In this document: positions 38,128-48,843 of the stretch, piece by piece | How the letters are laid out: every line of letters starts with the position of its first letter | Position numbering within the stretch: position 1 is the first letter of the stretch | Assembly (NCBI GenBank): GCA_022564545.1 | Contig: JADFLG010000002.1 | Location: forward strand, 203-64,202 | DNA length: 64,000 nucleotides | Source of the DNA: Chloroflexota bacterium | GTDB taxonomy: Bacteria > Chloroflexota > Dehalococcoidia > Lucifugimonadales > Lucifugimonadaceae | Direction of reading: 5' to 3' | Notes under the pieces: generated by a model | What the model was told of the DNA's origin: nothing | The model's input: only the letters and a program-made list of their open reading frames with translations | Databases searched by the model: none | Translations under genes and position numbers: made by a program

Positions 38128-39477
38128 CTAGCCGGAATCTCCGGACCGGCCACGGACCTGGTACGACCTGCGAGTCAATGTCCTGGCCTTGGCGGCGACG
38201 CGCCCGGCGGGTTCAAGCGTTAGCGTTAGCGGTATTGCGATCACCAGTGCTGCGCCGACGATAGTGAAGCCGAGCCTGTATGTGCCTTCAATATCGTGCA
38301 CCAGCCCGATCAAGGCTGGACCCGCGGCCCCGAAAAGGGCGTTCACCGAACTGGTTAGCCCTACTATCGAGCCGTAGCTGGCCCTGCCGAAGTAGTCGCC
38401 GAGAATCGAAAGTCGCAGCGGGATCGACGATCCGAACCCAAGCCCGAAGAACACCACGAAGAACGGCAGGGGCCACAACCCCAGATCGACGCCGGCAACC
38501 GTGGCGTTGATGCCCGCAAGACCGGCAACACCGACCGTCTGCATCAACATGGCAATAGTGAGCATCTTTCGCTTGTCGAATTTATCGCCAATCACGGCCA
38601 TGCCAACTCTGCCGCCCAGGTCTCCGATGGCGACTGCTCCCGCCGCCGATGCTGCCAGCGCCGTCGTCATTCCATATTCCAGCAGAGCCGCAAAGTGGAA
38701 CAAATTAGTGGAGCTGACGAGTTGTCCCAGGCTTGTAACGATCGCGAGTTGCCAGAAGAACCGCAGCTTGACTGCCTGGCGCATCGTAATCGTCGGCTCT
38801 CTGATTCGTGAGGTACGGGGGATTTCCCGATCCATTGATCCGTGGCCGCTGGTGTTCTCGTTAATGTTTTCTGGGCCACCGTCCGGTTGCATTCCGTACT
38901 CTTCGGGGCGACGCCTCATTACGAGCGTTGCGGGAAAGCCGATTATCCAGAATCCGATTCCCGCGGCGAACAGCATTTCTCGCCAGCCGAAACGATCTAT
39001 CGAAGCCACGAGCAGGGGAAGAGTCAGGCCGCCGAGCGCGGAAAACGACATTAGCGTTGCGAGCGCCCGTGCGCGCTTCCGGACGAACCAGTTTGCAACT
39101 GTCACGACGAAAACAATGAACGTGCCGAACGACATCCCGAGGGTCAAGAGGGTGATCGCCAGGTAAAAATGCCAGAGTGTCTGCATCTGGCTCATAAAAA
39201 TGAAGCCGCCGCCGGTAACAAACACACCGAAAGCCATTGCCTTGCGGGGACCGTACTTGTCCAATAGCACCCCGACAAACGGGGAGATCAATCCACTTTC
39301 GCTGCGCTGGAGCGAGATTGCAGCCGCCGTGGCTCCGTGGCTCCATCCGAACGTGCCGAGTATTTGAGGAACAAACGCCTGGAAACCGCGCCAGAAGACG
39401 GCCGACGTGTACCACTGAACAATTCCACCCGCTCCCACGATCCACCACCCGTAGAACGGTTGTTTGAAGGATTTCAT
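38128..39477 (-). CDS. MFS transporter
   Basis: 449 aa, about 12 TM helices, with a central hydrophilic loop. Confidence 0.8.
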   Translation of the reverse strand: MKSFKQPFYGWWIVGAGGIVQWYTSAVFWRGFQAFVPQILGTFGWSHGATAAAISLQRSESGLISPFVGVLLDKYGPRKAMAFGVFVTGGGFIFMSQMQTLWHFYLAITLLTLGMSFGTFIVFVVTVANWFVRKRARALATLMSFSALGGLTLPLLVASIDRFGWREMLFAAGIGFWIIGFPATLVMRRRPEEYGMQPDGGPENINENTSGHGSMDREIPRTSRIREPTITMRQAVKLRFFWQLAIVTSLGQLVSSTNLFHFAALLEYGMTTALAASAAGAVAIGDLGGRVGMAVIGDKFDKRKMLTIAMLMQTVGVAGLAGINATVAGVDLGLWPLPFFVVFFGLGFGSSIPLRLSILGDYFGRASYGSIVGLTSSVNALFGAAGPALIGLVHDIEGTYRLGFTIVGAALVIAIPLTLTLEPAGRVAAKARTLTRRSYQVRGRSGDSG

Positions 39478-39620
39478 CGGGTTTTTTCGATTTGTTTGTT
39501 CAGCGAAAGAATTGTGATGGCCAGGCCCTCTGGAGACCGCCGCAGGGGTGGCTAAGGACGGATGAGGGAATGATAGTCCGGCGCAGGGGTACTAAAAAAA
39601 CGTCGAATTAACGTTCGGCG

Positions 39621-40874
39621 ATGTCTGCAGAAATGCGATATATCTACACACAGCGCAGGAACGGGGCGTATAGGGTTGAGAACAGGGGTTACTTTGAGGA
39701 CCAGGCGAAGGCGGTAGCGAATCAATTGGGTGCATCGCTCAAACTATTTACAGTCCGTGGAATACCGGTCGATATAAATGCGTCGTGGTTGATCGCGTTC
39801 GCCCTCATCACCTGGAGCTTCTCGACTGCCGCGTTCCCCGGTGTGTTCAGACTCTGGTCGACGCAGCAGTACTGGCTTGCCGGCGTTGTGACGACTCTAT
39901 TGCTGTTCACCTCGGTGCTTGCGCACGAACTGGGCCACTCTTTCGTCGCCCTGTCCCAGGGCCTCCGCGTGCGCGGCATTACGCTGTTGTTGTTTGGCGG
40001 GGTTTCGAGGATCGAAGGCGATGCATCTCGCCCGCGGAACGAGTTTTTCATCGCGTTCGCAGGTCCCGTGGTTTCATTGATCATCGGTGTGACTCTTCTG
40101 GGTTGGTGGATCGCATTTGGCCCGGAACGCCCGAACCAGATCACGCCGCTGCATGGAGTGCTCTTTTTCACCGGGTGGATGAACATCCTCGTAGCTGTGT
40201 TCAACTTACTGCCCGGTTACCCGCTTGATGGTGGACGAGTGCTGCGGTCTATGGTGTGGGGATTTACCGGTGACATGCATCTGGCTTCACGGGTAGCGTT
40301 CGTCGTTGGACGCGGTGTTTTCTACCTGCTAATTGCCTGGGGTGGTTGGAGAATCCTCAACGGCGATCTCGTAGGTGGCATTTGGGTCGTGTTCGTCGGT
40401 TGGTTCCTGTTGAACGCGGCACGCGGTGAACGTGCAGCACAAAATGCTGCAGCGGGTGCAGCCGGGCGACGCGAACTTGACTTCAGCATTGGCGTCGCAA
40501 CGCGTCCTATGCCCAGGATGGCTGAAGAGGGCATGACGGTTTTGGAGGTGCGGACTGGTGGGTACCTGGCCGGTTCGCAGGTGTCGGTTCCCGTTGCCAG
40601 AAAAGGCGAGCTCGTCGGGTTCATCACAGCGCAAGAACTGAACGAAGTGCCTCTGGAGCGTCAAAATGACGTTGTCCTTGGTCGGATGGTGGATCCGGGC
40701 AGTTTGCGAGTGATCTCGGCAAATGAAACTGCCCGAGACGGACTGCGAACGATGGACAAGCACCGTGTGATTCAGCTGGTTGTGATAGACGCCGGATCCG
40801 TGGTCGGCATCGTCACAAGGCAGGACATCCTCGCCAAAATGATCGAGTTCAGCTCGGCAGCCGATAGTGCATAA
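39621..40874 (+). CDS. site-2 (M50) metalloprotease with C-terminal CBS pair
   Basis: HELGHSF in a TM helix, NLLPGYPLDGGR, and two CBS-like repeats at the C-terminus. Confidence 0.85.
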   Translation: MSAEMRYIYTQRRNGAYRVENRGYFEDQAKAVANQLGASLKLFTVRGIPVDINASWLIAFALITWSFSTAAFPGVFRLWSTQQYWLAGVVTTLLLFTSVLAHELGHSFVALSQGLRVRGITLLLFGGVSRIEGDASRPRNEFFIAFAGPVVSLIIGVTLLGWWIAFGPERPNQITPLHGVLFFTGWMNILVAVFNLLPGYPLDGGRVLRSMVWGFTGDMHLASRVAFVVGRGVFYLLIAWGGWRILNGDLVGGIWVVFVGWFLLNAARGERAAQNAAAGAAGRRELDFSIGVATRPMPRMAEEGMTVLEVRTGGYLAGSQVSVPVARKGELVGFITAQELNEVPLERQNDVVLGRMVDPGSLRVISANETARDGLRTMDKHRVIQLVVIDAGSVVGIVTRQDILAKMIEFSSAADSA

Positions 40875-40967
40875 ACTTTTGGCGCCTGGTCTGTCTGCTG
40901 GCGGGCCAGCCAGTTATCGAAGCTAATCGGCCAGCATGGTCGGCAAGCCGGCTCGCCAGAGACAGGG

Positions 40968-43900
40968 CTAGGGCTTGACTACCGAATCGGGCAGCCAGAT
41001 GGCAAGCGACGTTCCACCGCCGACACTGTCTTCGACCCACACTGTGCCTTTGTGCAGCTCGACGATCTGCCTGACGATTGCCAGGCCCATCCCGGTCCCG
41101 GGGACGTCTAGTTTTTCCAGCTGACGGTACGGTTCGAACACCCTGTCCCGGTCTTCGTGCGGGATACCCGGTCCCTCGTCGGTGACGGTTATTCTCAGGT
41201 CGTACGAGTCTATCCAGATATCGAGGGACACGGTCGTGTTGACCGGCGAGTACTTGCTGGCGTTTGAGAGCAGGTTGAGAATCGCCTGCCTGAGCAGTTC
41301 GCGGTCTGCGACGGCGAACTGTTGTTCATCGGGCGCAGTGACTGATAGTTCCTGATCTCGCCCCTTTGCGACTGGTGCGAACGAGGTCTCAATATCGCGC
41401 GCAAGTTCAGCGATCCGGAACTTCGCGGGTTTGATCTCGAACGTTGCCGCCTTCATCTTCGAGATTTTCAAAAAATCGTCGACGAGTAACGTCAAGCGAT
41501 CGGCGTTTTGCTGAATGACGTTGAGGTCTTCGAGTTGATCGGGGTGCAGATTACCCCGCTCGTTCATGCCAAGCAGGTCGGAAAGTGTGACAACCGTTGT
41601 AAGCGGAGACTTCATTTCGTGTGAAAGCCACGCAATGAATTCACTGGTGCGTTCCTTTTCTTCCCGCAGGCTCTCGAGTGCCGATTCGGCCCTCGACGCG
41701 CTGACTCTGTCGGTAATGTCAGAAACCACGATCGTTACGGCATCCGTGACTCCTCCTGGAGAAATTATCGGCTCCATCCAGACGTCGAGGATTATTCCGA
41801 ATATCTCGATCTCGATCCGATTTGTGTGGCCGCCAAGTGCGCTTTTCAACGCATCTTTGAGTCCGTTGATCTTTCTGGAATACGCGACAAAATTGCGGCC
41901 GAGCAGTCGTTCCGGTACGAGCTGCAACTCTTCTATTCCGCGCCCGGCGACATCGGTGACGATCCCCTTGCTATCGATCGTCAGTACGATCACGGAAGTG
42001 TTGTTCAGAATTGCCTGCAGGTTTGGCCCCAGCCTTTCCAACACTATTTGGGCAGTGCCGGTGTTGCCATCGCGTGAGACTACGACCGTGCTCGCCTTTT
42101 CAAGCGAGGTTTCCAGCTCGGTAACGATTCTTGCGGCCAGCTTCTTTTCCAGCGAGCCAAAGGCCGTTGGCTTGCGTGACGCGCACATGAACATGGCTGC
42201 GACAATGCCGTTCAGGCGGAGTGGAGCGCATACGGCTGAGCGCAGGCCGGCCCGGAACATCCAGCGTCCTGATGCGCGCTGGCCCGGCGCTACCGAATCA
42301 AGGTCGACAGTTACCGGACTGGTTACCGCAGTTGTCGATGGGATTAGCAACGAGCGCCTCGACACACGAACGCCGGGTGCCAGTTCGGGAACGTCGAGGC
42401 CGTCTGTGATTTCAGTTGTCGAGTGATCGTTCGTGTGGTCGACTCTCCCGAAGTAGAGCCAATCGGCGTCGAAAAGGTTCCTGATAAGTGAGGCGAGCCG
42501 GGGGCTCCGCAGTGGGTCGCCAGAATCGTCGAGACGGATCTGGTCGCAAACACGATTTAGCATCTCGAGCTTTTTCAAGGTGTTATTTGATTGCTCAAGT
42601 TGTCTGAGGTTTGCCAGGACCGGTGCGCAAGCGGAAGAAATTCTTCTGATCTCGGCAACGTCAGCTTCCTTGAATCCTGCGTCGTCTCGCGTCGCCTCGA
42701 CAAACCCGATCACCCGGTCTGTCACTTTGAGTGGAACTCTCACGCCGCTGTACAACGCGATCGGATCCGCTGTGCCGTCCGCAATGCCAGAATTTCCAGA
42801 AATTACGGAGGTCAACTGCTCGACTTCATCGGGATTGACCCAGGTGAAATCGAGAATGTCTTCGGACGATTCGGTATCGAACTCGAGCTTTGATCGCCCG
42901 GTCTCTTCGTCGATGAAACCGACCTGCACTCTTGAAGCTCCACTGCGGTTCCTGACCTGAGTCGCAATCACTCCGCAGGCCGACATTAGCTCGGTTGCCG
43001 ATGCGATCGACTCCAGATAACCCGGAATGTACGGCCGTGCCTGACCCGGCCCGTCCGTCAGGAAGCGGTCGGAATTATCGTTCGCGAATGCCGCCCTCAG
43101 TGCGGGGACAAGTCTGTTTGCGGTTGCAACCGCTTCAGATTTGAATGCCCCGTTCCGAGCCGAGCCGAGTATCAGGACCTGAGTTGCCGAGCCATTAACC
43201 GGGATTGCCAGGACCGAAGCGATCCCCGCAGATTTCCAGGCAGGGTACTGGTTCGAGCGTGAAGGGAATTCGGTATCGAGTGTGGTGTTCGAAACGGCGG
43301 TTCGCAGGGCTGCTGCGTGGGATTCAACCGATTCAAAATCCGGGTCTGACATGGTATAGGACTGGTCCCGAGCGCCCGTCAGCAGGCCCTGGGTCACGAA
43401 TTCACCGTCGACCCGAGCACGGTGCACAATTACGTCGAACTCGAAGAATTGGGCTAACAGTACGGCAATTTTTTCCAGCCTCCGAGAATGATCTCCAGGA
43501 CCGTTGCTGGCAGTGCGGGCAATGGAACGTGCCGCGATGCTCTGGGCTTCGTCTCGCTGAACGGTGGCGAGGGCGGCCGAACGAGAGGCAGACAGGCTGA
43601 TCAGGCTGGCAACGGTCCTTGCGGCCTCGACTTGTGAATCGTCAAAACCGACTCCGCGTTCCACCAGGGCGACGATCATGCCCGAGGCTCCCGTTGTTCC
43701 GGGCACGGCAACGGCCAGGGCTGACCTGTACTCGATTCCTGAGGCGAAAGCCGTTATTGCCGAAAGCCGGGCGGGATCGGTGTCGATCACTATTGCCGGA
43801 GCGTCCACGTCGGCCGGGGTCAGCCAGTCGGGGAGCCAGATTTCCGAACCAACGAGTGCTAAGTCCACGCCAGATATTGCGCGCACCGCCTTGGTGCCGA

Positions 43901-44387
43901 ACGCGTCTGTGTAGTCGACTATCAGTACCGCATCGGCGTCAAGCTCTGTCCGAAGAGTATGTGCTGCGTTCTGCTGGAACACGGGGGTCGAGTTGTTCGA
44001 CGCGCCCAGTGCCGCCAGTTGCGAGACGGTTAGCGAGGTCCGTTGCGCAGGGGCAGTTGGCGGGAAAGAATTCTCGTCGTCCTGTGACACAGGATTGCTG
44101 GGCGAATCCCGCATTCCTGGCGAAATTGGCGAACGGTCGCTTGTGCGTTCCTGGCGGTGGCTCACAACGGTTGTAGCGAATTTTCTCTGGGATGAATCGA
44201 TCTGTTGCGATGCGCTGGCAACGTGTGCAACTTGATCACCGTACACGGAACCGTTAGGGCGGCTGCCAGATGCTTTTATGCGGGTTTGCCGTAACTGGGA
44301 TGCGGCAAAGCCCGGTGCCAGTTGCCGGATCAACGAAGATTGGCTAAAGCCGGATGATTGCTCGCCGGTGGAAACCGGTCCCAACAA
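40968..44387 (-). CDS. multi-sensor (GAF/PAS) histidine kinase
   Basis: 1139 aa. Low-complexity N-terminus of about 150 aa, several GAF/PAS-like modules, H-box WLSHEMKSPL, and ATPase boxes NLLSNASKY, DEGPGI, GTGMGLAIV. Start uncertain because it overlaps the upstream ORF by 44 nt. Confidence 0.85.
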   Translation of the reverse strand: MLGPVSTGEQSSGFSQSSLIRQLAPGFAASQLRQTRIKASGSRPNGSVYGDQVAHVASASQQIDSSQRKFATTVVSHRQERTSDRSPISPGMRDSPSNPVSQDDENSFPPTAPAQRTSLTVSQLAALGASNNSTPVFQQNAAHTLRTELDADAVLIVDYTDAFGTKAVRAISGVDLALVGSEIWLPDWLTPADVDAPAIVIDTDPARLSAITAFASGIEYRSALAVAVPGTTGASGMIVALVERGVGFDDSQVEAARTVASLISLSASRSAALATVQRDEAQSIAARSIARTASNGPGDHSRRLEKIAVLLAQFFEFDVIVHRARVDGEFVTQGLLTGARDQSYTMSDPDFESVESHAAALRTAVSNTTLDTEFPSRSNQYPAWKSAGIASVLAIPVNGSATQVLILGSARNGAFKSEAVATANRLVPALRAAFANDNSDRFLTDGPGQARPYIPGYLESIASATELMSACGVIATQVRNRSGASRVQVGFIDEETGRSKLEFDTESSEDILDFTWVNPDEVEQLTSVISGNSGIADGTADPIALYSGVRVPLKVTDRVIGFVEATRDDAGFKEADVAEIRRISSACAPVLANLRQLEQSNNTLKKLEMLNRVCDQIRLDDSGDPLRSPRLASLIRNLFDADWLYFGRVDHTNDHSTTEITDGLDVPELAPGVRVSRRSLLIPSTTAVTSPVTVDLDSVAPGQRASGRWMFRAGLRSAVCAPLRLNGIVAAMFMCASRKPTAFGSLEKKLAARIVTELETSLEKASTVVVSRDGNTGTAQIVLERLGPNLQAILNNTSVIVLTIDSKGIVTDVAGRGIEELQLVPERLLGRNFVAYSRKINGLKDALKSALGGHTNRIEIEIFGIILDVWMEPIISPGGVTDAVTIVVSDITDRVSASRAESALESLREEKERTSEFIAWLSHEMKSPLTTVVTLSDLLGMNERGNLHPDQLEDLNVIQQNADRLTLLVDDFLKISKMKAATFEIKPAKFRIAELARDIETSFAPVAKGRDQELSVTAPDEQQFAVADRELLRQAILNLLSNASKYSPVNTTVSLDIWIDSYDLRITVTDEGPGIPHEDRDRVFEPYRQLEKLDVPGTGMGLAIVRQIVELHKGTVWVEDSVGGGTSLAIWLPDSVVKP

Positions 44388-44700
44388 GCACGTCTCCGCA
44401 ATGTGTATCGACCTGGAACTTTAGTTTCTTCCCGGTGATTTCTATAAGGGTGGCCGTTGTTACGACCTGTTTTCCGGCAGGGGCAGGGGCGATGTGTTTC
44501 ACGTCGACGTGAAAACCGACCGTAGTTTCACCGTCCGACAACTGGTCGCGCACGGCATCGACCGATGCCTGTTCCATCTCCATGATCATCGCGGGGCTGG
44601 ACAGCACGGAGTGTTCAGACTGGCCCGTGGGACTGTACAGCGCGGCGCCTTCAACAACCAGGTGCCTGGTAGCCGTAAGGCCGGTCGTGATTTCTGGCAT
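44344..44700 (-). CDS. hotdog-fold thioesterase family protein
   Basis: 118 aa. Resembles small FlK/4HBT-like thioesterases (...MIMEMEQASVDAV...GFHVDVKHIAPAPAG...). Confidence 0.6.
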   Translation of the reverse strand: MPEITTGLTATRHLVVEGAALYSPTGQSEHSVLSSPAMIMEMEQASVDAVRDQLSDGETTVGFHVDVKHIAPAPAGKQVVTTATLIEITGKKLKFQVDTHCGDVLVGTGFHRRAIIRL

Positions 44701-44702
44701 GA

Positions 44703-45482
44703 CTACAGAGCGACGATCCCGTATCCGGCATCGACCGGGATGATGGCGCCCGTGATCCCGCTGGCCATATCGCTGAGCAGGAACAGTGCGGTGTCGGCAA
44801 CCTCACCGTGTTTGATATTGCGGCCCAGCGGGGAACGTTCACGGTGTGCGCGGGTCATGTCGCTGTATCCAGGGATGCTCCGGGCAGCAAGGGTCGGCAG
44901 TGGGCCTGCCGAAATGGCGTTCACCCTTATGTTGCGGTTTCCAAATTCGACGGCAAGCTGACGCATCTCGTTTTCGAGCGCAGCCTTTGCCGTACCCATG
45001 ATGTTGTAACCGGGATACACGCGCTGCGAAGCGTCGAAGGTGAGCGTGACCACCGAGCCACCCGACTCGCCGAAGAGCGGTGCGGCACGGCCTACGACCG
45101 GCATCAGTGTGTAGGCGCTTACTTCCAGCGCAGTCCGGAACCCCTGCAAATTCGTAGCAGAGAAGTCGCCGCCGAGGTCGTCACGCTCGGCGTACGCGAT
45201 GCAGTGGACTACGAAATCGATCTCGTCCCACTCGCTCTTTATGCGGTCGTAAACGGCCTGGACCTGATCGTCGTCTGTAGCATCGCACTCGATGAGGACG
45301 GGGCTGCCAAGCGCCGACGTAGCTTTCTCGACAGGGGCCCTGAGACGCTCGTTCTGGTAGGTGAACGCCAGTTCGGCCCCGGCTTCTGCCAGGCGTTCGG
45401 AAATAGCCCATGCGATGCTGCGCTGGTTCGCAACGCCGAACACAACGCCGCGCTTTCCGGTGAGATCGATCGAAACAGCCAT
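44703..45482 (-). CDS. fabI: enoyl-[acyl-carrier-protein] reductase (NADH)
   Basis: GVANQRSIAWAI and the SDR Y..K context (YNIMGTAKAALE). ATG 45482 (MAVSIDLTGK...) preferred. Confidence 0.88.
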   Translation of the reverse strand: MAVSIDLTGKRGVVFGVANQRSIAWAISERLAEAGAELAFTYQNERLRAPVEKATSALGSPVLIECDATDDDQVQAVYDRIKSEWDEIDFVVHCIAYAERDDLGGDFSATNLQGFRTALEVSAYTLMPVVGRAAPLFGESGGSVVTLTFDASQRVYPGYNIMGTAKAALENEMRQLAVEFGNRNIRVNAISAGPLPTLAARSIPGYSDMTRAHRERSPLGRNIKHGEVADTALFLLSDMASGITGAIIPVDAGYGIVAL

Positions 45483-45673
45483 TGCCTTCGCTTCGCTTTT
45501 CAATGTGTTGTGCGGTGGCACGATTAAGTCGTGTGACACCGAAAGCCGGACGAGCCATTTAAGTAGGGCGACGCCGCGATCACCAAATGTACCAGCCAGA
45601 TACTAATAGCTGGCGGTCGACCTGACTGTTATCCGGCAACCTCAATACCAGGTCTGCCGGAAGGAACTGGCAG

Positions 45674-46819
45674 TTACCAGTTGGTGTGTGAACCGTCAGA
45701 ACGGTGCGGATGCGACGCTTCCCAGAACCTGAACGGCTCGTTCAGCTTGCTCTCGTCCACGTCTACACCAAGCCCCGGTTTGTCTGGAACCCTGTATCCG
45801 TTGCCTTCAAACACCACCTGCTCGGGGAAGATTTCGAAGTTCGGATTTTCTGCTCTTTCCATGTTGACCTCGAGCCACGCAAAGTTCGGCACGGCCGCAC
45901 CGAGGTGCACAGACGCAGCGGTGCAAATCGGGCCGAGGGGGTTGTGGGGCATCAGGTCGATGTAGTGCGCCTCGGCCCAGCCCGCGATCTTCATCGACTC
46001 TGTGAAGCCGCCGACGTTGCAAATGTCGACCCTGACGTAGTTCGTGATTCCCCGTTCTATGTAAGGCAGGAACTGCCATTTCGAGGCGAACTCTTCACCG
46101 ACGGCAAACGGGACGTCGGTAAGCTTCCGCAGGACCTCGTAGGCTTCCGGCGTTTCATCACGGATCGGCTCTTCAAGGAAGTCGAGTGTGTGCGACGGCA
46201 TCATCTGGCAGAACGAGGCGGTCTCGGCGACCGACAACCTGTGGTGGTAGTCGATACCCATGATCGCCTGGTTGCCGAGTTCCTCGCGTGCCGTGATGAG
46301 CCACTCTGCCGAGTTTGCAATCGACTCGCGCGGCTCGAACAATCCGTTGTTCTGAACATCCATATTGTCGTAGGAAAGACGGAAAGCGTTGATGCCCCTG
46401 CCCATGAATTCCTTTGCCTGCTCGATCATTTTGGGCCCGTAGGGGCCCGCCGTCGTAGCGAACACCGGGATTGAGTGACGGTGCCTGCCGCCGAGCAGTT
46501 CGTAAACGGGGACGCCCAGCTTCTTGCCTGCGATATCGTGCAGCGCGATGTCTATTGCCGAGATTGCTGCGGTAAGCGTGCGCCCACCCTCGAAGTACTG
46601 GCTGCGGTACATCTCCTGCCAGAGCGCTCCGCGTTTCATCGGGTCTCGACCGACAAGAAACTCGCGGTAGTGCTCGACTATTCCTTTGACCGCGAGTTCG
46701 CGACCGGAGAAACCCGACTCTCCCCATCCGTAAATTCCCTCGTCGGTCTCCACCTTGACGAGCATCTGGTTACGGGTGCCGACCCATACGGCGTACGGTC
46801 TGATGTCTGTGATTTTCAT
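45674..46819 (-). CDS. enolase superfamily, galactonate/mannonate dehydratase-like subgroup
   Basis: 381 aa. MKITDIRPYAVWVGTRNQMLVKVETDEGIYGWGES...GRELAV and FLEEPIRDE. Confidence 0.8.
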   Translation of the reverse strand: MKITDIRPYAVWVGTRNQMLVKVETDEGIYGWGESGFSGRELAVKGIVEHYREFLVGRDPMKRGALWQEMYRSQYFEGGRTLTAAISAIDIALHDIAGKKLGVPVYELLGGRHRHSIPVFATTAGPYGPKMIEQAKEFMGRGINAFRLSYDNMDVQNNGLFEPRESIANSAEWLITAREELGNQAIMGIDYHHRLSVAETASFCQMMPSHTLDFLEEPIRDETPEAYEVLRKLTDVPFAVGEEFASKWQFLPYIERGITNYVRVDICNVGGFTESMKIAGWAEAHYIDLMPHNPLGPICTAASVHLGAAVPNFAWLEVNMERAENPNFEIFPEQVVFEGNGYRVPDKPGLGVDVDESKLNEPFRFWEASHPHRSDGSHTNW

Positions 46820-46872
46820 GCAGTTCTTTCGTGTCGTGGTGTTTATTGGCTCGACCGGTCGGGAACAACTGG

Positions 46873-48024
46873 CTACCAGTTGGTGTGGGAACCATCATTG
46901 CGTTTCAGGTGGGGCATTTCTGAATGGCGGAACGGCTCGGTGAGGGATGCTTCATCGACCTCGACTCCAAGCCCCGGCTGGTCCAGGACGGTTACCCGTC
47001 CGGGGGCGATTTCCGGTTGCACCGGGAAGACTTCTTTCGAGTAGAAATCAAGTTCTTCACCCGGGGATTCCCGAATCTCAAGCCATGAGAAATTCGCCGC
47101 CGCCATCGCCATGTGCGATGTAGCCGCAACACAGATCGGGCCGAGCGGGTTGTGGGGCATCAGGTCGATATAGTGCGCCTCGGCCCAGCCGACGACCTTC
47201 ATCGCTTCGGTCAGTCCACCAACGTTGCAAATGTCTATCCGGACGTAGTTGGTCAGACCCATTTCGATGTACGGCAGGAACTGCCATTTCGAGGCGAACT
47301 CTTCACCGATCGCGAAGGGTATCTGCGTCATGCCACGCAATGCTTCGTACGCAGCCGGCGTCTCGTCGCGGATCGGTTCTTCGAGGAAATCGAGGGTATG
47401 CGATGGCATCATCTGGCAGAACGACGCGGCTTCAGCAACAGATAACCTGTGGTGAAAATCGTAGCCTATAACCGGCCTTGTCCCGAGCGCCTCGCGCGCT
47501 TTGATCAGGCCTTCTGCTGACAGTGCGATCGCCTCGCGGGGCTCGTAAACGTTTTCTTCCTCGGGCTCGTAATTGCGGTGAAGGCGGAAACAGTCGAATC
47601 CGGCCGCGATTATTCGCCGCGCGACATCGATCATTTCTTCAGGCGTATTCCCACTGCCAGTGGCGAATGTTGGGACCCAGTCGCGGTGTTTTCCGCCGAG
47701 CAGTTCGTAAACTGGTACGCCGAGCTTCTTGCCGGCAATATCGTAAAGGGCGATATCGATTGCAGAGATTGCGCCGGTCAGGACTCGTCCGCCCTCGAAA
47801 TATTGACTGCGGTACATTTCTTGCCACAGTGCGCCCCGTTGCATCGGGTCTCTGCCAATAAGCCACTCTCTGTAGTGTTCGACGACACCCTTTACTGCGA
47901 GTTCCCGGCTCGACACGCCAGATTCACCCCAACCGTAAATGCCTTCATCAGTTTCCACTTTGACCAGCATCTGGTTCCGGGTACCGACCCATACTGGAAA
48001 TGCCTTGATGTCAGTAATTCGCAT
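46873..48024 (-). CDS. enolase superfamily, galactonate/mannonate dehydratase-like subgroup (tandem paralogue)
   Basis: 383 aa. Roughly 70% identical by eye to the adjacent 381-aa protein, with long shared nucleotide stretches. Confidence 0.8.
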   Translation of the reverse strand: MRITDIKAFPVWVGTRNQMLVKVETDEGIYGWGESGVSSRELAVKGVVEHYREWLIGRDPMQRGALWQEMYRSQYFEGGRVLTGAISAIDIALYDIAGKKLGVPVYELLGGKHRDWVPTFATGSGNTPEEMIDVARRIIAAGFDCFRLHRNYEPEEENVYEPREAIALSAEGLIKAREALGTRPVIGYDFHHRLSVAEAASFCQMMPSHTLDFLEEPIRDETPAAYEALRGMTQIPFAIGEEFASKWQFLPYIEMGLTNYVRIDICNVGGLTEAMKVVGWAEAHYIDLMPHNPLGPICVAATSHMAMAAANFSWLEIRESPGEELDFYSKEVFPVQPEIAPGRVTVLDQPGLGVEVDEASLTEPFRHSEMPHLKRNDGSHTNW

Positions 48025-48067
48025 TTATGGACGACCTTTGCGTATGTTGGCGGGGCCAGGCCCAGGG

Positions 48068-48478
48068 ATGACAGCGCAGACGAGGTTTGTTTGCCGAGCA
48101 AGCCTGTTCCTGGCAGCAAGCAGTGTCAATACCAGACTGCCCGTGACCGGTTCGAGCACGAGTCGAATAATCGATTTGGCCGAAACCGAAACAACGCGGA
48201 CCGCTGCGCCTGCGGAGGTCCGTGAGACATCTTCAGGAAGATCAGACCGGTGGTCGGTCGTGTTGATCAACGACGACCACCATTCCGTTGGCTACGTGAT
48301 CTGGGCATTGCTAAAGACTGTGCCAGAACTTACGGAGACCGAGGCCACGCTGATCACGCTCGAAGCACACAACACGGGCCAGGGCGTGGTGACCGTGTGC
48401 GGTCGAGAACGGGCTGAGGGGTATCGGGCAGCTTTCCGGCTGCTTCAACTCGGGTGCGAGATCGAGCCCGGTTGGTAG
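48068..48478 (+). CDS. clpS: ATP-dependent Clp protease adaptor ClpS
   Basis: Core WSVVLINDDHHSVGYVIWALLKTVPELTETEATLITLEAHNTGQGVV. Start uncertain: ATG 48068, or TTG 48176 giving about 100 aa. Confidence 0.8.
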   Translation: MTAQTRFVCRASLFLAASSVNTRLPVTGSSTSRIIDLAETETTRTAAPAEVRETSSGRSDRWSVVLINDDHHSVGYVIWALLKTVPELTETEATLITLEAHNTGQGVVTVCGRERAEGYRAAFRLLQLGCEIEPGW

Positions 48479-48843
48479 CAGCCTGGGACACAAATCCCGG
48501 TTGCCCGAAACGTCACGTTCAGGCACAACCTCGGAACGCCGAAAACTGACCCGTTGGCATCGAATGGGTGCGGATCACTCTGAGTGGCATGCCAATCCGC
48601 GGGCTGCCCGCCAGAGGCGCGCGCGTGACTACCCACATGGTGAGTGAACCATTTGGAGCGAGTTGGCGATTCCTTGGGGCTCAATAGATGGAATGGCCAG
48701 GTGATAACTGTAGATATATGGCCGTTGCCCCTGCCTGCCGGAAGCCTGCGAGGCGTCTGACAGATGGCTGACCAGTGGGTGATTCGCCATACCGAACAGG
48801 TTCCAGACACGGGTTCGCCACTCGAATGTGAACCCGGTTTGGA

